From Deltaproteobacteria bacterium (GTDB lineage Bacteria; Myxococcota; Kuafuiibacteriia; Kuafuiibacteriales; Kuafuiibacteriaceae), in contig JAVJQW010000047.1 of the NCBI GenBank assembly GCA_040218735.1, positions 32,001-96,000 on the forward strand: a DNA stretch of 64,000 nt. Direction: 5' to 3'. Position numbers and translations under genes: made by a program. How positions within the stretch are numbered: position 1 is the stretch's first letter; every line of letters starts with the position of its first letter. Below, in pieces: positions 47,744 to 56,448 of this stretch. The notes below the pieces were generated by a model. The model did no database searches. It was not told the origin of the DNA and saw only the letters and a program-made list of their open reading frames with translations.

Positions 47744-48288
47744 TCCGAATCGACGACGGCGACCTCGTCCTCCGCAGCCCGACGCTCGACGACGCCCCGG
47801 TCATCTTCGCGGCGGTCGACGCCGACCGGGCACGGCTGCGCCGATGGCTGCCGTGGGTCGACCTCACGAAGACCCCCGACGACACCCGCGCGTTCGTGGA
47901 GCGGAGCCTCGCCGGGCTCGAAGCCGGCACCGCGATGGACCTGGTCCTCCTTCACGACGGCGCGTTCGCCGGGCTCGCCTCGCTCGTCGACATCTCGTCC
48001 GCGAACCGCCGCGCGATGATCGGCTACTGGATCTCGAGCGGCCGCGAAGGGCGCGGCCTCGTCACCCGGGCGGTGCAGCGGCTCCTCGCCCACGGCTTCG
48101 ACACCCTCGGCCTCGAACGCATCGGCCTGTACGCGGCGACCGACAACACACGCAGCCGCGCCGTCGCGGAGCGCTGCGGCCTCACGTTGGAGGGCGTGCT
48201 GCGCCACCACGAATTCGTCGACGACCGCTTCGTCGACCACGCCGTCTACGCGATCCTCGCCGAGGAGTGGCGCGATGCTCGGGGCTGA
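47740..48288 (+). CDS. RimJ/RimL-type GNAT N-acetyltransferase
   Basis: WLPWV, IGYWI...GRGLVT, NTRSRAVAERCG; GTGA overlap with the rSAM gene. Confidence 0.9.
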   Translation: MIRIDDGDLVLRSPTLDDAPVIFAAVDADRARLRRWLPWVDLTKTPDDTRAFVERSLAGLEAGTAMDLVLLHDGAFAGLASLVDISSANRRAMIGYWISSGREGRGLVTRAVQRLLAHGFDTLGLERIGLYAATDNTRSRAVAERCGLTLEGVLRHHEFVDDRFVDHAVYAILAEEWRDARG

Positions 48289-49639
48289 TCGGGTCGAGAC
48301 GATCCGCGCCGCGCACGCGCTCTCCGAGCACCGCGCCGAACGCCCCGCGCGCGCCCCCGCGCCACAGGACTGGTCGACGTGTGTCCCGCCGCTACACTTC
48401 CCCGGCGCGGAGCTGCTCCCGGCGACCGCGCGCCACCGAAACATCTCCGTCGCCGACACCCTCGCCGGGCGCTGCCCGCAAGCGCCGATCGACATCGGAA
48501 CGATCGCCCTGCGCACCCTCGGCGTGACGGTCGAACGGCGCCGCGGCTCGAGTCGCTGGTTCTGCCACGCCAACCCGTCGAGCGGGAACCTCCACCCCAC
48601 CGAGCTGTACGTCCTCGACGGTCGCGACGTCCTGCATTTCGCAGCGCGCGAAGGCGCGTTCGCGCGCATCGGCCGCCTCGAAGACGAAGCCCCCACGACG
48701 TTCGTCCTCACGCAGATCGCCGAGCGCCAGTGCTGGAAGTACGGCGACCGCGGCGTGCGCTACGCCGAGCTGGACCTCGGGCACGCCGTCGCGGGGCTGC
48801 GTCTCGCCGCCGCGAGTCACGGGCACGAACTGAGACCGATCGACGGCCTCTTCCTACGCGATGTCCTGGGACTCGACGGTCGCGAAGGCGAGACGATCGG
48901 CGCTGCGTTCACGACGGGGGCGCTCGACGCGATCACCGTCGAGCATCTCCTCCCCGCGTCGAAGCTGCGTGGCTTCGACTGGCCCGGCGCACGGAGCACG
49001 GCGCGCGCGATCGAACGTGCGCCGTTCACGACCTCGCGCGGGCACGCCCCTTCGGTCCGGATCGACGGTGACTTCGACGCGGTCGTCACCGCACGCCGCA
49101 GCGCCGCCGCTTTCGCCGACGCGCCGATCTCCCGCGACACCTTCGACCGCCTCCTGGAGTCCACGCTCGGGGGCAGCGCCTTCCTCGGGGCGGCGTCGGT
49201 CGACCTCCTCCTCTTCGTCCACCGCGTCGAAGGCCTCACGCCCGGCGCCTACCTCTTCCGTCGCAGCGACGCCGATCACTCGAACGCCTTCGACCCCGAC
49301 TTCGGCTACACCCCGGTCGGACCGCGACTGTACCGGCTCGACGAAGACGACGTCCGCGCCCACGCCCGCGCGGTGCACGTCGACCAAGCGGTCGCGAGCG
49401 ACGGCGCGTTCTGCCTGACGATGCTCGCGCCGCTCGACGAAACCCTCGCGACCGAAGGCGCCGGCGCCTACCGACGCCTCCACCTCGAAGCCGGCGCGAT
49501 CGGCCACGTGCTCTACCTCGGAGCGACCGCCCTCGGCCTCGGCGCCACGGGCATCGGCGCGTTCTACGACGTCGCGTTGAAACAGATGCTCGGGACCGAG
49601 CTCACGCCGCTGTACGGCTTCGCGGTGGGTGCGACCTGA
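48275..49639 (+). CDS. SagB/ThcOx-type nitroreductase-family flavoprotein (two domains)
   Basis: NPSSGNLHPTELY, WKYGDRGVRY..LDLGH, RRS, EAGAIGH.LYL...GIGAFYD. Confidence 0.85.
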   Translation: MLGADRVETIRAAHALSEHRAERPARAPAPQDWSTCVPPLHFPGAELLPATARHRNISVADTLAGRCPQAPIDIGTIALRTLGVTVERRRGSSRWFCHANPSSGNLHPTELYVLDGRDVLHFAAREGAFARIGRLEDEAPTTFVLTQIAERQCWKYGDRGVRYAELDLGHAVAGLRLAAASHGHELRPIDGLFLRDVLGLDGREGETIGAAFTTGALDAITVEHLLPASKLRGFDWPGARSTARAIERAPFTTSRGHAPSVRIDGDFDAVVTARRSAAAFADAPISRDTFDRLLESTLGGSAFLGAASVDLLLFVHRVEGLTPGAYLFRRSDADHSNAFDPDFGYTPVGPRLYRLDEDDVRAHARAVHVDQAVASDGAFCLTMLAPLDETLATEGAGAYRRLHLEAGAIGHVLYLGATALGLGATGIGAFYDVALKQMLGTELTPLYGFAVGAT

Positions 49640-49646
49640 GGTCGGC

Positions 49647-50042
49647 TCAACGACCGTTGCCGGTGTCGTTCCCCGAGTCGCGCACCCCGGCGTCCGGGCA
49701 GCCCGTGCCCCACGCCGCGAGGACCATGTTCAGGTCGCGCACGTCGACGACGCCGTCTTCGTTGGCGTCGCCTTCGGGCCCTGGCTCGCCCCACAGCTCC
49801 TGCACGAGATCGAGATCCACGCTGTCGACGCAGCCGTCGCTGTTGATGTCCGCGGCGTGGGACGGCCCGCCATCGCGGCGCGCGAACCCGCCGTCACGTG
49901 TGCCCGCATCGAGGAACCCCGCGTCGACTTCGTTGCCCGCGTCGCGCGCTTCGTCGAGCTCCTCGATTCGAGGATCCGGCTCGAGCACGATCGGCCCGCA
50001 CCCGGCCGTGAAGAGCAGCGCGACGATCAGAGCTCGAACCAC
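49647..50042 (-). CDS. Small lipoprotein with one dockerin-like (paired EF-hand) domain
   Basis: TAGC lipobox; DINSDGCVDSVDL...WG / DANEDGVVDVRDL...WGTGC. Confidence 0.75.
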   Translation of the reverse strand: MVRALIVALLFTAGCGPIVLEPDPRIEELDEARDAGNEVDAGFLDAGTRDGGFARRDGGPSHAADINSDGCVDSVDLDLVQELWGEPGPEGDANEDGVVDVRDLNMVLAAWGTGCPDAGVRDSGNDTGNGR

Positions 50043-50794
50043 TTCGTGAGCTCCTGCGCACGCGCGGTGCCGGGTTGGCGCGCGACGAGCTCGCGCGCAA
50101 TGACACGTCCGCGCTCCACACGATTCATGCGCGCGTAGCAGACGGCGAGGTAGTAGAGCGCTTCTTCTTGCAGGACCCCGCGAGGGAACGTGCGCCGGTA
50201 GCGCTCCAGCAGCTGCGCGGCGCGCTGCAGGTCTTCGCCCGCCGCGACGAGTGGAACGGCCTCCGAGATCCACGCCTCGCCTTCACTCGCGTCTTCGGGG
50301 AGACATCGCGTCGCGGACTGGCCCGCGGTCAGGAGCACAGCGTCGTAGCCCTCCGCTTCGACGCGCACCATGCCGTGGCGAACTTCGACGTCGGTGCAGA
50401 GTCCTTCGGTCTGCACTGTGAAACCCGTGCCGACGACCTCCACCAGCGCGGACGGTGTCCGCACGCGGAAGGGCGAGCGGTGCTTGCGCTTCGGCACCTC
50501 GAAGCTCGCCCGACCGCGCGCGAGGTAGAGCTCGGTCGCGACGGCGTCGTCGCGTTCGACGGTCAGCTCGCTTCCCGGGGCCTCTTCGATCGTGGGCGCC
50601 ACCGCGACCGGCGCTGCGACGCGCGGCGCGGGCACGAGCTGCCAGCACACCACGGCGGCCGCCATGGCGGTGGCGAGACCGAGCACCAGCGGCCCCGACC
50701 GCCGACGACGACGGGCGTGGATGCGTTCGAGGGAGCCGCGCACGATTCGGTCATGCACGTCGGGGCGCGGCGCGAGGCGAGCGAGGTGCCTCAT
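50027..50794 (-). CDS. FecR-domain anti-sigma factor with TPR tail
   Basis: Single TM; GRASFEV, FRVRTP..VEVVGTGF.V, V.HGMVRV; YRRTFPRG.L.EEA. Confidence 0.85.
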   Translation of the reverse strand: MRHLARLAPRPDVHDRIVRGSLERIHARRRRRSGPLVLGLATAMAAAVVCWQLVPAPRVAAPVAVAPTIEEAPGSELTVERDDAVATELYLARGRASFEVPKRKHRSPFRVRTPSALVEVVGTGFTVQTEGLCTDVEVRHGMVRVEAEGYDAVLLTAGQSATRCLPEDASEGEAWISEAVPLVAAGEDLQRAAQLLERYRRTFPRGVLQEEALYYLAVCYARMNRVERGRVIARELVARQPGTARAQELTKWFEL

Positions 50795-51327
50795 GCGCCC
50801 GACTCCAGCTCCGCGATCCCGTTCGTGGGCCGATACGCCGCGCGGAACGCTTCACGCGCGCGGCGCAGCCTGCTCGCGACGGCGGGCTCGGCGAGGCCGA
50901 GGATCTGTGCGGCTTCGCGACGCGTGAACCCTTCGATGTCCATGAGCACGAGCACCTCGACGTGCCGTATCGGCAGGCGCTCCAAGACCGCGCGGACCTC
51001 GAGATCGTCGTCGATGTTCTGTCCGGCGAGCGACGGGACGGTGCTCTCGTCCTCCAGGAAGAAGACACGTTTGCACCACGCGAGCCGACGACGGTTCGCC
51101 GCGTGCCTTCGGGCGATCTGGTACAGCCAGGACCCGAGCACTTCGTCGCAGCTGCAGGTGTGGATTCGCGCGGCGGCGGTGGCCAGAACATCCTGCACGG
51201 CGTCCTCCGCGTCTCGCGAGGAGAGGCCCAGCAGGACGCACCACCGGTACACGGCGCTCGCCCACGCATCGACCAATCGTCGCCAAGCCCACGCTTCGTC
51301 GGCCTGGCAGCCCTCCACCAAAGACAT
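50791..51327 (-). CDS. ECF RNA polymerase sigma-70 factor
   Basis: DAEDAVQDV, SWLYQIARR, EGFTRREAAQILGL...VASRLRRAR; start could be GTG at 51336. Confidence 0.88.
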   Translation of the reverse strand: MSLVEGCQADEAWAWRRLVDAWASAVYRWCVLLGLSSRDAEDAVQDVLATAAARIHTCSCDEVLGSWLYQIARRHAANRRRLAWCKRVFFLEDESTVPSLAGQNIDDDLEVRAVLERLPIRHVEVLVLMDIEGFTRREAAQILGLAEPAVASRLRRAREAFRAAYRPTNGIAELESGA

Positions 51328-51332
51328 CGGTT

Positions 51333-52400
51333 TCACGGTGCTGATGTCTCCGTGCGGCGGTTCTGATCCTCGCCCCGCTCGATTTTCGTCGCCGAACCGA
51401 AGAACGACCACGCGACCTGCAGGCCGACGCGCGCGCCCCAGCGGTTCACCCGCGCCGAGGGGCCATCCGGGATGACGATGTCCCGTGCGGTGGGGAAGAC
51501 GAGCCCTTCGGCGAAGAGCGCGATCGCGAGCGCGTCGGCCCGGACCGTCGCCCCGACGCCCGCGACGCCTCCGATATCCACCGACGTGTGGTCGGCGGCG
51601 TCCGCGATGTCGTCCCGCGTGACGCGCAGCGTCTCGGCGCTGAGGCCGGCGCTCCAGGCGAGCTCGACGTAGCGACCCAGCTCGACCCCTCCGCGATACC
51701 CACCGGTCGCGCCGAACGCCGCGAGCCGGATCGGTCGGCCGTCGAGCGCCCACGTCGCCGTCGGCGCCCCGCTCGCCCGAACGAACCAGCCGTCGCGGGA
51801 GAGCTCGGCGGCGAGCTCCCACGTCGCGACGCCGGGCGTGCGGTAACGCAGCCAGGACTGCACGCCGACCGCGTAGCGCGACTGCGCCCACTGCGGCGCA
51901 CGAACGGCGCTGGCGACCGCGCGGGTCTGCGGATGGATCGGCGGCCACGGAGGCGTCGGCGCCGGCTCGGACTCGGGCGCGACCTCGACGACGGGCGCGG
52001 GTCGACGACGACGACGTTTCGCGGGGCGCGGCGCGACGGGCATCGACGCGACGGAGGGAGGCGGGAGGAGACCGGCGACCGGCTCGAGCGCGAGCGCTTC
52101 GATCATCACGGACAGCTCCGACAGCCGCCCCTGCCCCGCCGCCGAGCGCAGCGGTCCTTCGGGATCCAGGCGCCACGGGAGCTTCCGCCGGCGCGCTGTG
52201 CCGTCGGGTCGTTCGAAGGTCAGCGTCGTCGCGGTGATTCGAATCCGCGCGACCCCCTCGCCGCACCGCGGGTCGATCCGAAGCGTTCGAAGATAGCGCC
52301 CGAGCCGCTCCAAGACGGGAGCGGGGGCCCGCTCCTCGACACACACGCGCGTGTCGAGCGCGGCGCCGAGGAGCAGAGGAACGAGGAGCAGCGGGCCCAC
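51333..52400 (-). CDS. Hypothetical exported protein with C-terminal beta-barrel-like region
   Basis: Signal-like N-terminus, Pro-rich linker, amphipathic beta strands; in the same run as the ECF sigma gene. Confidence 0.55.
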   Translation of the reverse strand: MGPLLLVPLLLGAALDTRVCVEERAPAPVLERLGRYLRTLRIDPRCGEGVARIRITATTLTFERPDGTARRRKLPWRLDPEGPLRSAAGQGRLSELSVMIEALALEPVAGLLPPPSVASMPVAPRPAKRRRRRPAPVVEVAPESEPAPTPPWPPIHPQTRAVASAVRAPQWAQSRYAVGVQSWLRYRTPGVATWELAAELSRDGWFVRASGAPTATWALDGRPIRLAAFGATGGYRGGVELGRYVELAWSAGLSAETLRVTRDDIADAADHTSVDIGGVAGVGATVRADALAIALFAEGLVFPTARDIVIPDGPSARVNRWGARVGLQVAWSFFGSATKIERGEDQNRRTETSAP

Positions 52401-52503
52401 GTCGACACGGTGAGCAAGTGCTGTTCCTCACGCGGTCACTGCGCGCGGCAAGCCCCGTTGCACTTCGTGTGCATTGCGCAACACGTGATGCGCAAACCCG
52501 AGG

Positions 52504-53157
52504 TCAGCTGCAGCCCCGACCCCACGCGGCGAGGAGGATGTTGAGATCGACGGTGTCGACCGTGCCGTCCCCGTTGATGTCGCCGGCGCCGGAGCCGCCC
52601 CAGTTCGCGAGGAGGCCGTCGAGGTCGTCTTCGTCGACGCAGCCGTCGCCGTTCAGGTCCGGAGTCCCGCTCGCGAGGCATCCGGTGCCCCAGTTCGCGA
52701 GGACGATGTTCAGGTCCTGCACATTCACCGTGCCGTCTCCGTTGATGTCCGCCGGGTCCGGCGTCGTGCCCGTCGAGACACCCCACGCCGCGATGACGGC
52801 GTCGAGGTCGTCCTGGTCGACGCACCCGTCGCCGTTCACGTCGCCGTAGACGCCACAACCGGTGCCCCAGTTCGCGAGGACGATGTTCAAATCCTGCACG
52901 TCCACGGTGCCGTTGCCGTCGATGTCTTCGGCGAGGTTGCGACCGGTCGCGCCCCACGCCGCGAGGACCGCGTCGAGGTCGTCTTGATCGACGCAGCCGT
53001 CTCCGGTCGCGTCGCCGCGGACACCGGCGCTGGTGCCCGTGGAGACCTCGGACTCGGAGGTCTCCACGGCGGAGGTCTCGTTGCCCACCGGGCCGCCGCA
53101 CGCGATCAAGAGGAAGGTGAGCGCGCTCGAGGCGCACGTGTGCACTGCTTTGTTCAT
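52504..53157 (-). CDS. Lipoprotein with three tandem dockerin-like domains
   Basis: LIAC lipobox; six Dx(N/T/D)G(D/N)GxV(D/N)xxDL..(V/L)(L/I)A(A/N)WG repeats. Confidence 0.85.
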   Translation of the reverse strand: MNKAVHTCASSALTFLLIACGGPVGNETSAVETSESEVSTGTSAGVRGDATGDGCVDQDDLDAVLAAWGATGRNLAEDIDGNGTVDVQDLNIVLANWGTGCGVYGDVNGDGCVDQDDLDAVIAAWGVSTGTTPDPADINGDGTVNVQDLNIVLANWGTGCLASGTPDLNGDGCVDEDDLDGLLANWGGSGAGDINGDGTVDTVDLNILLAAWGRGCS

Positions 53158-53284
53158 TTCATGGCTCCCTAAGAGATGGATTGGGAGGCGCCTTGCCTCT
53201 CCTGGGGGTGCCAATGTGATGAGGACGCGGAGTTGATCCGCGGCGCGTGAAAAAAGTCAGCTTTCGGGGAGCTCGGACCGACCG

Positions 53285-55090
53285 TCAGAGCTTGTGCTCC
53301 ATCAGGTTGCTCTGCAGGAGATTCGAAGCCTGAGCGCGCGTCATCTTCCCGTCAGCCACCAGCTTCTTCAGGAAAGCGTGTGGACCGATCGGGCTCTTGG
53401 TCGCCGACAGCCGCAACCGGTTGTAGTCCGCGCCATACGGGCCGGGGAGCGTCGAACAAGCCGCGCAGAAGTCACGCATCGTACCGATCAAGTCGGTCAA
53501 CGTGATCTGCACGTCCTCCGCGCCCACGACGCCGAACCGCTCACTCGTCGCCGTCGGGTCGTTGCCGTCGAAGATCTCGCCGACGTGCTCGACGAAATTC
53601 GAAAGGTAGGTTGCGTTGTCCGTGATCCGCGCATGCGCGATGTCGGCGTTGGCATCGAGCAAGTCACAGGTCAGCTCCCCCCAACGGAACTCGTCGTTCG
53701 AGGTGACGACGCCCTGCCCCCAACGATCCGCCGTCGCGGTCAGCGCCGCCAGCCGCCCGACACGTTTCGTCCAGTCCGAGGTGGCGCGCGAATCCTCCGT
53801 CACCCCACGCTTCCTCAAGTGGAACCGCACGTGGTGGAAGCCACATCCGTCGGACGCATCACACGACGCATCGGCGCTCCACAGGTTGCCCCGGAAGGGG
53901 ACCGCGCCGCCGAGCGGGCGAGCCGCCCAACCCCGCCAGTCGCTACACGCGTTCAGAAGATACTGGCCCAGCCCGTTTGCGACGCCCTCCGTGTACTCGA
54001 CGCCGAGCTCCGCATACTGCCCGGCGTAATGTCCCCAGTCGTACGATGTCCCGTCGGCGCGCATCATCGCGTTGCCAAACTCGTAGTGATAGAGCCGCGA
54101 GCCCGGCGCGAGGGAGCCGTGGATGCTGTGACCGAACTCGTGCGCCAGCGTATCGGTGTCGGAGAGGTGGCGGAGCGCCGGGCCGATACCACGCGTGGAG
54201 AACACGGCCTTGTCGGGTCGGAACAAAGACATCCAACCGCCACCCGCGCTGGCCCACTGCGTGTTGAACGCGATGAGGTAGGTCGGCTGGCCTCTGTACA
54301 GCTCGCTCTTCGGGAGCATCTTCTCGAACAGGTCCGGCATGTCGCGTGTGTTCGCCTCCAGGCGGTCGAACAGGGCGACCACGTTTGTGTAACCGTTCAG
54401 CACCTGGCGCATGTAGCCGAACCGATCGTGGGCGCTGCCCGCCGTGAAGACTTGGGTCCCGACGTTCAAGAACGCCCTCCCCTGGGCGTCCTTCACCGGC
54501 TCGAGCCCCACCCACCGAAAGACGAACGTCGGCGTCGCGTAGGGGACGCCGTCGTGTTCGAACGCCGGGACGAGACGATGCTCCGGCTCCGAGCCCAGCA
54601 GGTCAGCGGCGTGCGTGGAGGTCCATGCGGCGCGGATCCACCCAGGCTCGATCGGCGAGCGCGCGCTCGGGTGCCACGCCGGCGCCTCCAGCGCGACCCG
54701 CCCCTCGACCAGTACACGTTTGTCGCGACCACACGACCGCGGGAGGCGGATGTCGAAGACGCCATCGCGATCGACGACGAACGTCCCGCCGCCGCAACGC
54801 CGCTTCGACGTGGGGAGGATCTCGTAGTACGTCAACGACAGGCGTCCCGGTAGCGGTCGCAACGAACCGACCGTCGCGGTGTCCGTCGTGACGAGGGCGC
54901 CAGTCGCAGCGCTGAAGCGCCGCTTGAAGGCGTGGCACTCCTTCCAACCGACACTCTGACTCCACACCGGCGAAACGCAGCCCGTGTCGTCCGGGAACGC
55001 GAGCCGACCGACGATCTGAACCTCGTACGTGCAGGCGGTCGACAGCCCGCAGAACAGAACGATCCACGCAAGAGCATCCGGGCGCTTCAT
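53285..55090 (-). CDS. Putative zinc metallopeptidase lipoprotein
   Basis: STAC lipobox; AHEFGH and downstream TEGVAN (gluzincin-like Glu). Confidence 0.6.
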   Translation of the reverse strand: MKRPDALAWIVLFCGLSTACTYEVQIVGRLAFPDDTGCVSPVWSQSVGWKECHAFKRRFSAATGALVTTDTATVGSLRPLPGRLSLTYYEILPTSKRRCGGGTFVVDRDGVFDIRLPRSCGRDKRVLVEGRVALEAPAWHPSARSPIEPGWIRAAWTSTHAADLLGSEPEHRLVPAFEHDGVPYATPTFVFRWVGLEPVKDAQGRAFLNVGTQVFTAGSAHDRFGYMRQVLNGYTNVVALFDRLEANTRDMPDLFEKMLPKSELYRGQPTYLIAFNTQWASAGGGWMSLFRPDKAVFSTRGIGPALRHLSDTDTLAHEFGHSIHGSLAPGSRLYHYEFGNAMMRADGTSYDWGHYAGQYAELGVEYTEGVANGLGQYLLNACSDWRGWAARPLGGAVPFRGNLWSADASCDASDGCGFHHVRFHLRKRGVTEDSRATSDWTKRVGRLAALTATADRWGQGVVTSNDEFRWGELTCDLLDANADIAHARITDNATYLSNFVEHVGEIFDGNDPTATSERFGVVGAEDVQITLTDLIGTMRDFCAACSTLPGPYGADYNRLRLSATKSPIGPHAFLKKLVADGKMTRAQASNLLQSNLMEHKL

Positions 55091-55710
55091 CGCGCGTCCT
55101 CCACCGAAAGCACCTCGCTCGGTCCTCTCAGGTGCTCCAGCCGGAAGGGGAGCTGCTTCGTCGCCTCGAGCTCTCTCCTCAGCCGTCGCGGATTCTTGCT
55201 GAGCGCCCGCCACTGCGCGGAGACGATCTCCAGCTCGGACGCGACGCGAACGCGGTCGGTGTCATCGATGACAAACGTCGCTTCGGTCCGTTCCGCACGC
55301 GAGCGCGGCCCCCAGACCTCGCAACGCACGCCCGCTCCGTAGCGTCCGAGGAGCACGAGCTCGATTGGAACGCGAACCTCGGTCGCCCCGGGGAGGCTCG
55401 ACACCATCAGCTCGACGGCGCCGGAGCGTTCGCTGTCCGTGGCGAGGGCCCGGGCATGTCGCGCGCCGACCACCCGCGGCTCTGCGTCGAGTCCGAGGCA
55501 CCGGACGCGCGCTGCGCCCTCGGCCAGCGCGAAACGCAGCTCGAGCTGGAGAGGTTGCGCGCGGGTGAGCAGCTTGTCGTTCGAGGCGACGACGATGTGC
55601 GCGCCAAAGGGACCAGGTAAGTCTGAGGGAGGGGTTGCGGTAGCGACTTCAGGCCAACCGACCCACACGAGGAGGACGATCGAAACCAGCCGTGTGATCA
55701 CGGCCGTCAA
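55087..55710 (-). CDS. Hypothetical exported protein
   Basis: Signal-peptide-like N-terminus; 4-nt overlap with the metallopeptidase gene. Confidence 0.5.
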   Translation of the reverse strand: MTAVITRLVSIVLLVWVGWPEVATATPPSDLPGPFGAHIVVASNDKLLTRAQPLQLELRFALAEGAARVRCLGLDAEPRVVGARHARALATDSERSGAVELMVSSLPGATEVRVPIELVLLGRYGAGVRCEVWGPRSRAERTEATFVIDDTDRVRVASELEIVSAQWRALSKNPRRLRRELEATKQLPFRLEHLRGPSEVLSVEDAR

Positions 55711-55761
55711 CTGTGCGCCGCGCTAGGATCTGCAGCATCCTCGCATCGACGTATGGCGCGC

Positions 55762-56448
55762 TCAGGGGCGATCGCGATCGCGGATCTCTTCGTTCGCGTG
55801 GAGTGACTTCGGCTCGAGGACGTCCTTCGGCACCGGCACCTTCGACCACGCGTCCGTCATGAGATCGAAGAGCTCGCGCTTGCGCTCGATCGGCGTGTCG
55901 ACCTTCCGCAGCTCCTCGTACCAGTCGCGCGTGTCCTTCTGGACCTTCAGCGACATCGCGGTGTGGAACTGCAGCTCCCACTCCATCCCCGACGGGTGTT
56001 TCATCACGCCGTTCACGCCGGAGTAGTTGTCGTCCTGCGGCCAGTAGTTCTTGAGCCGCACCACCGTGTGCCCCTGGCCCTCCAGCGCCTGGAGCACCTT
56101 GCGCACCGACTCGACGTAGTGCCCGGCGGGCTCGTCCTCGAAGCGCATCGTGTAGCGGAGGGTGTCGTCGAGCTCCATCTCGGCGATCGGGATCGACGGG
56201 TCCTCCAAGTGCTCCTTGTTGAGCTTGCGCTTCGTCGACTTCAGCGTCTTGAGGCGGTGCTCGATCTTGTACATCTCGCCGCCGAGCCCCTCCGCGAGGC
56301 TGACGAGCGCCGGCGTGACCGTCGGCTCGAGCTTGGCGGCGCGGTCGACGAGCTGCTGCGCTCGCTGATCGATCGTGACGGTCGGCGTCGTCTTGCACGC
56401 GACGAGCGCGAGCAGCAGAGGCGCCAAATATATCGAATGCATTCTCAT
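55762..56448 (-). CDS. RelA/SpoT-like nucleotidyltransferase domain protein with lipoprotein signal
   Basis: LVAC lipobox; RLKT.KS.KRK, DDTLRY, YSGVN, ELQFHT. Confidence 0.75.
   Translation of the reverse strand: MRMHSIYLAPLLLALVACKTTPTVTIDQRAQQLVDRAAKLEPTVTPALVSLAEGLGGEMYKIEHRLKTLKSTKRKLNKEHLEDPSIPIAEMELDDTLRYTMRFEDEPAGHYVESVRKVLQALEGQGHTVVRLKNYWPQDDNYSGVNGVMKHPSGMEWELQFHTAMSLKVQKDTRDWYEELRKVDTPIERKRELFDLMTDAWSKVPVPKDVLEPKSLHANEEIRDRDRP

Noticed and set aside
52504-53010. DNA-level repeats that might be a CRISPR array or mobile repeat
   Set aside because: They are degenerate, in-frame and encode dockerin-like protein repeats. There are no spacers or cas genes.
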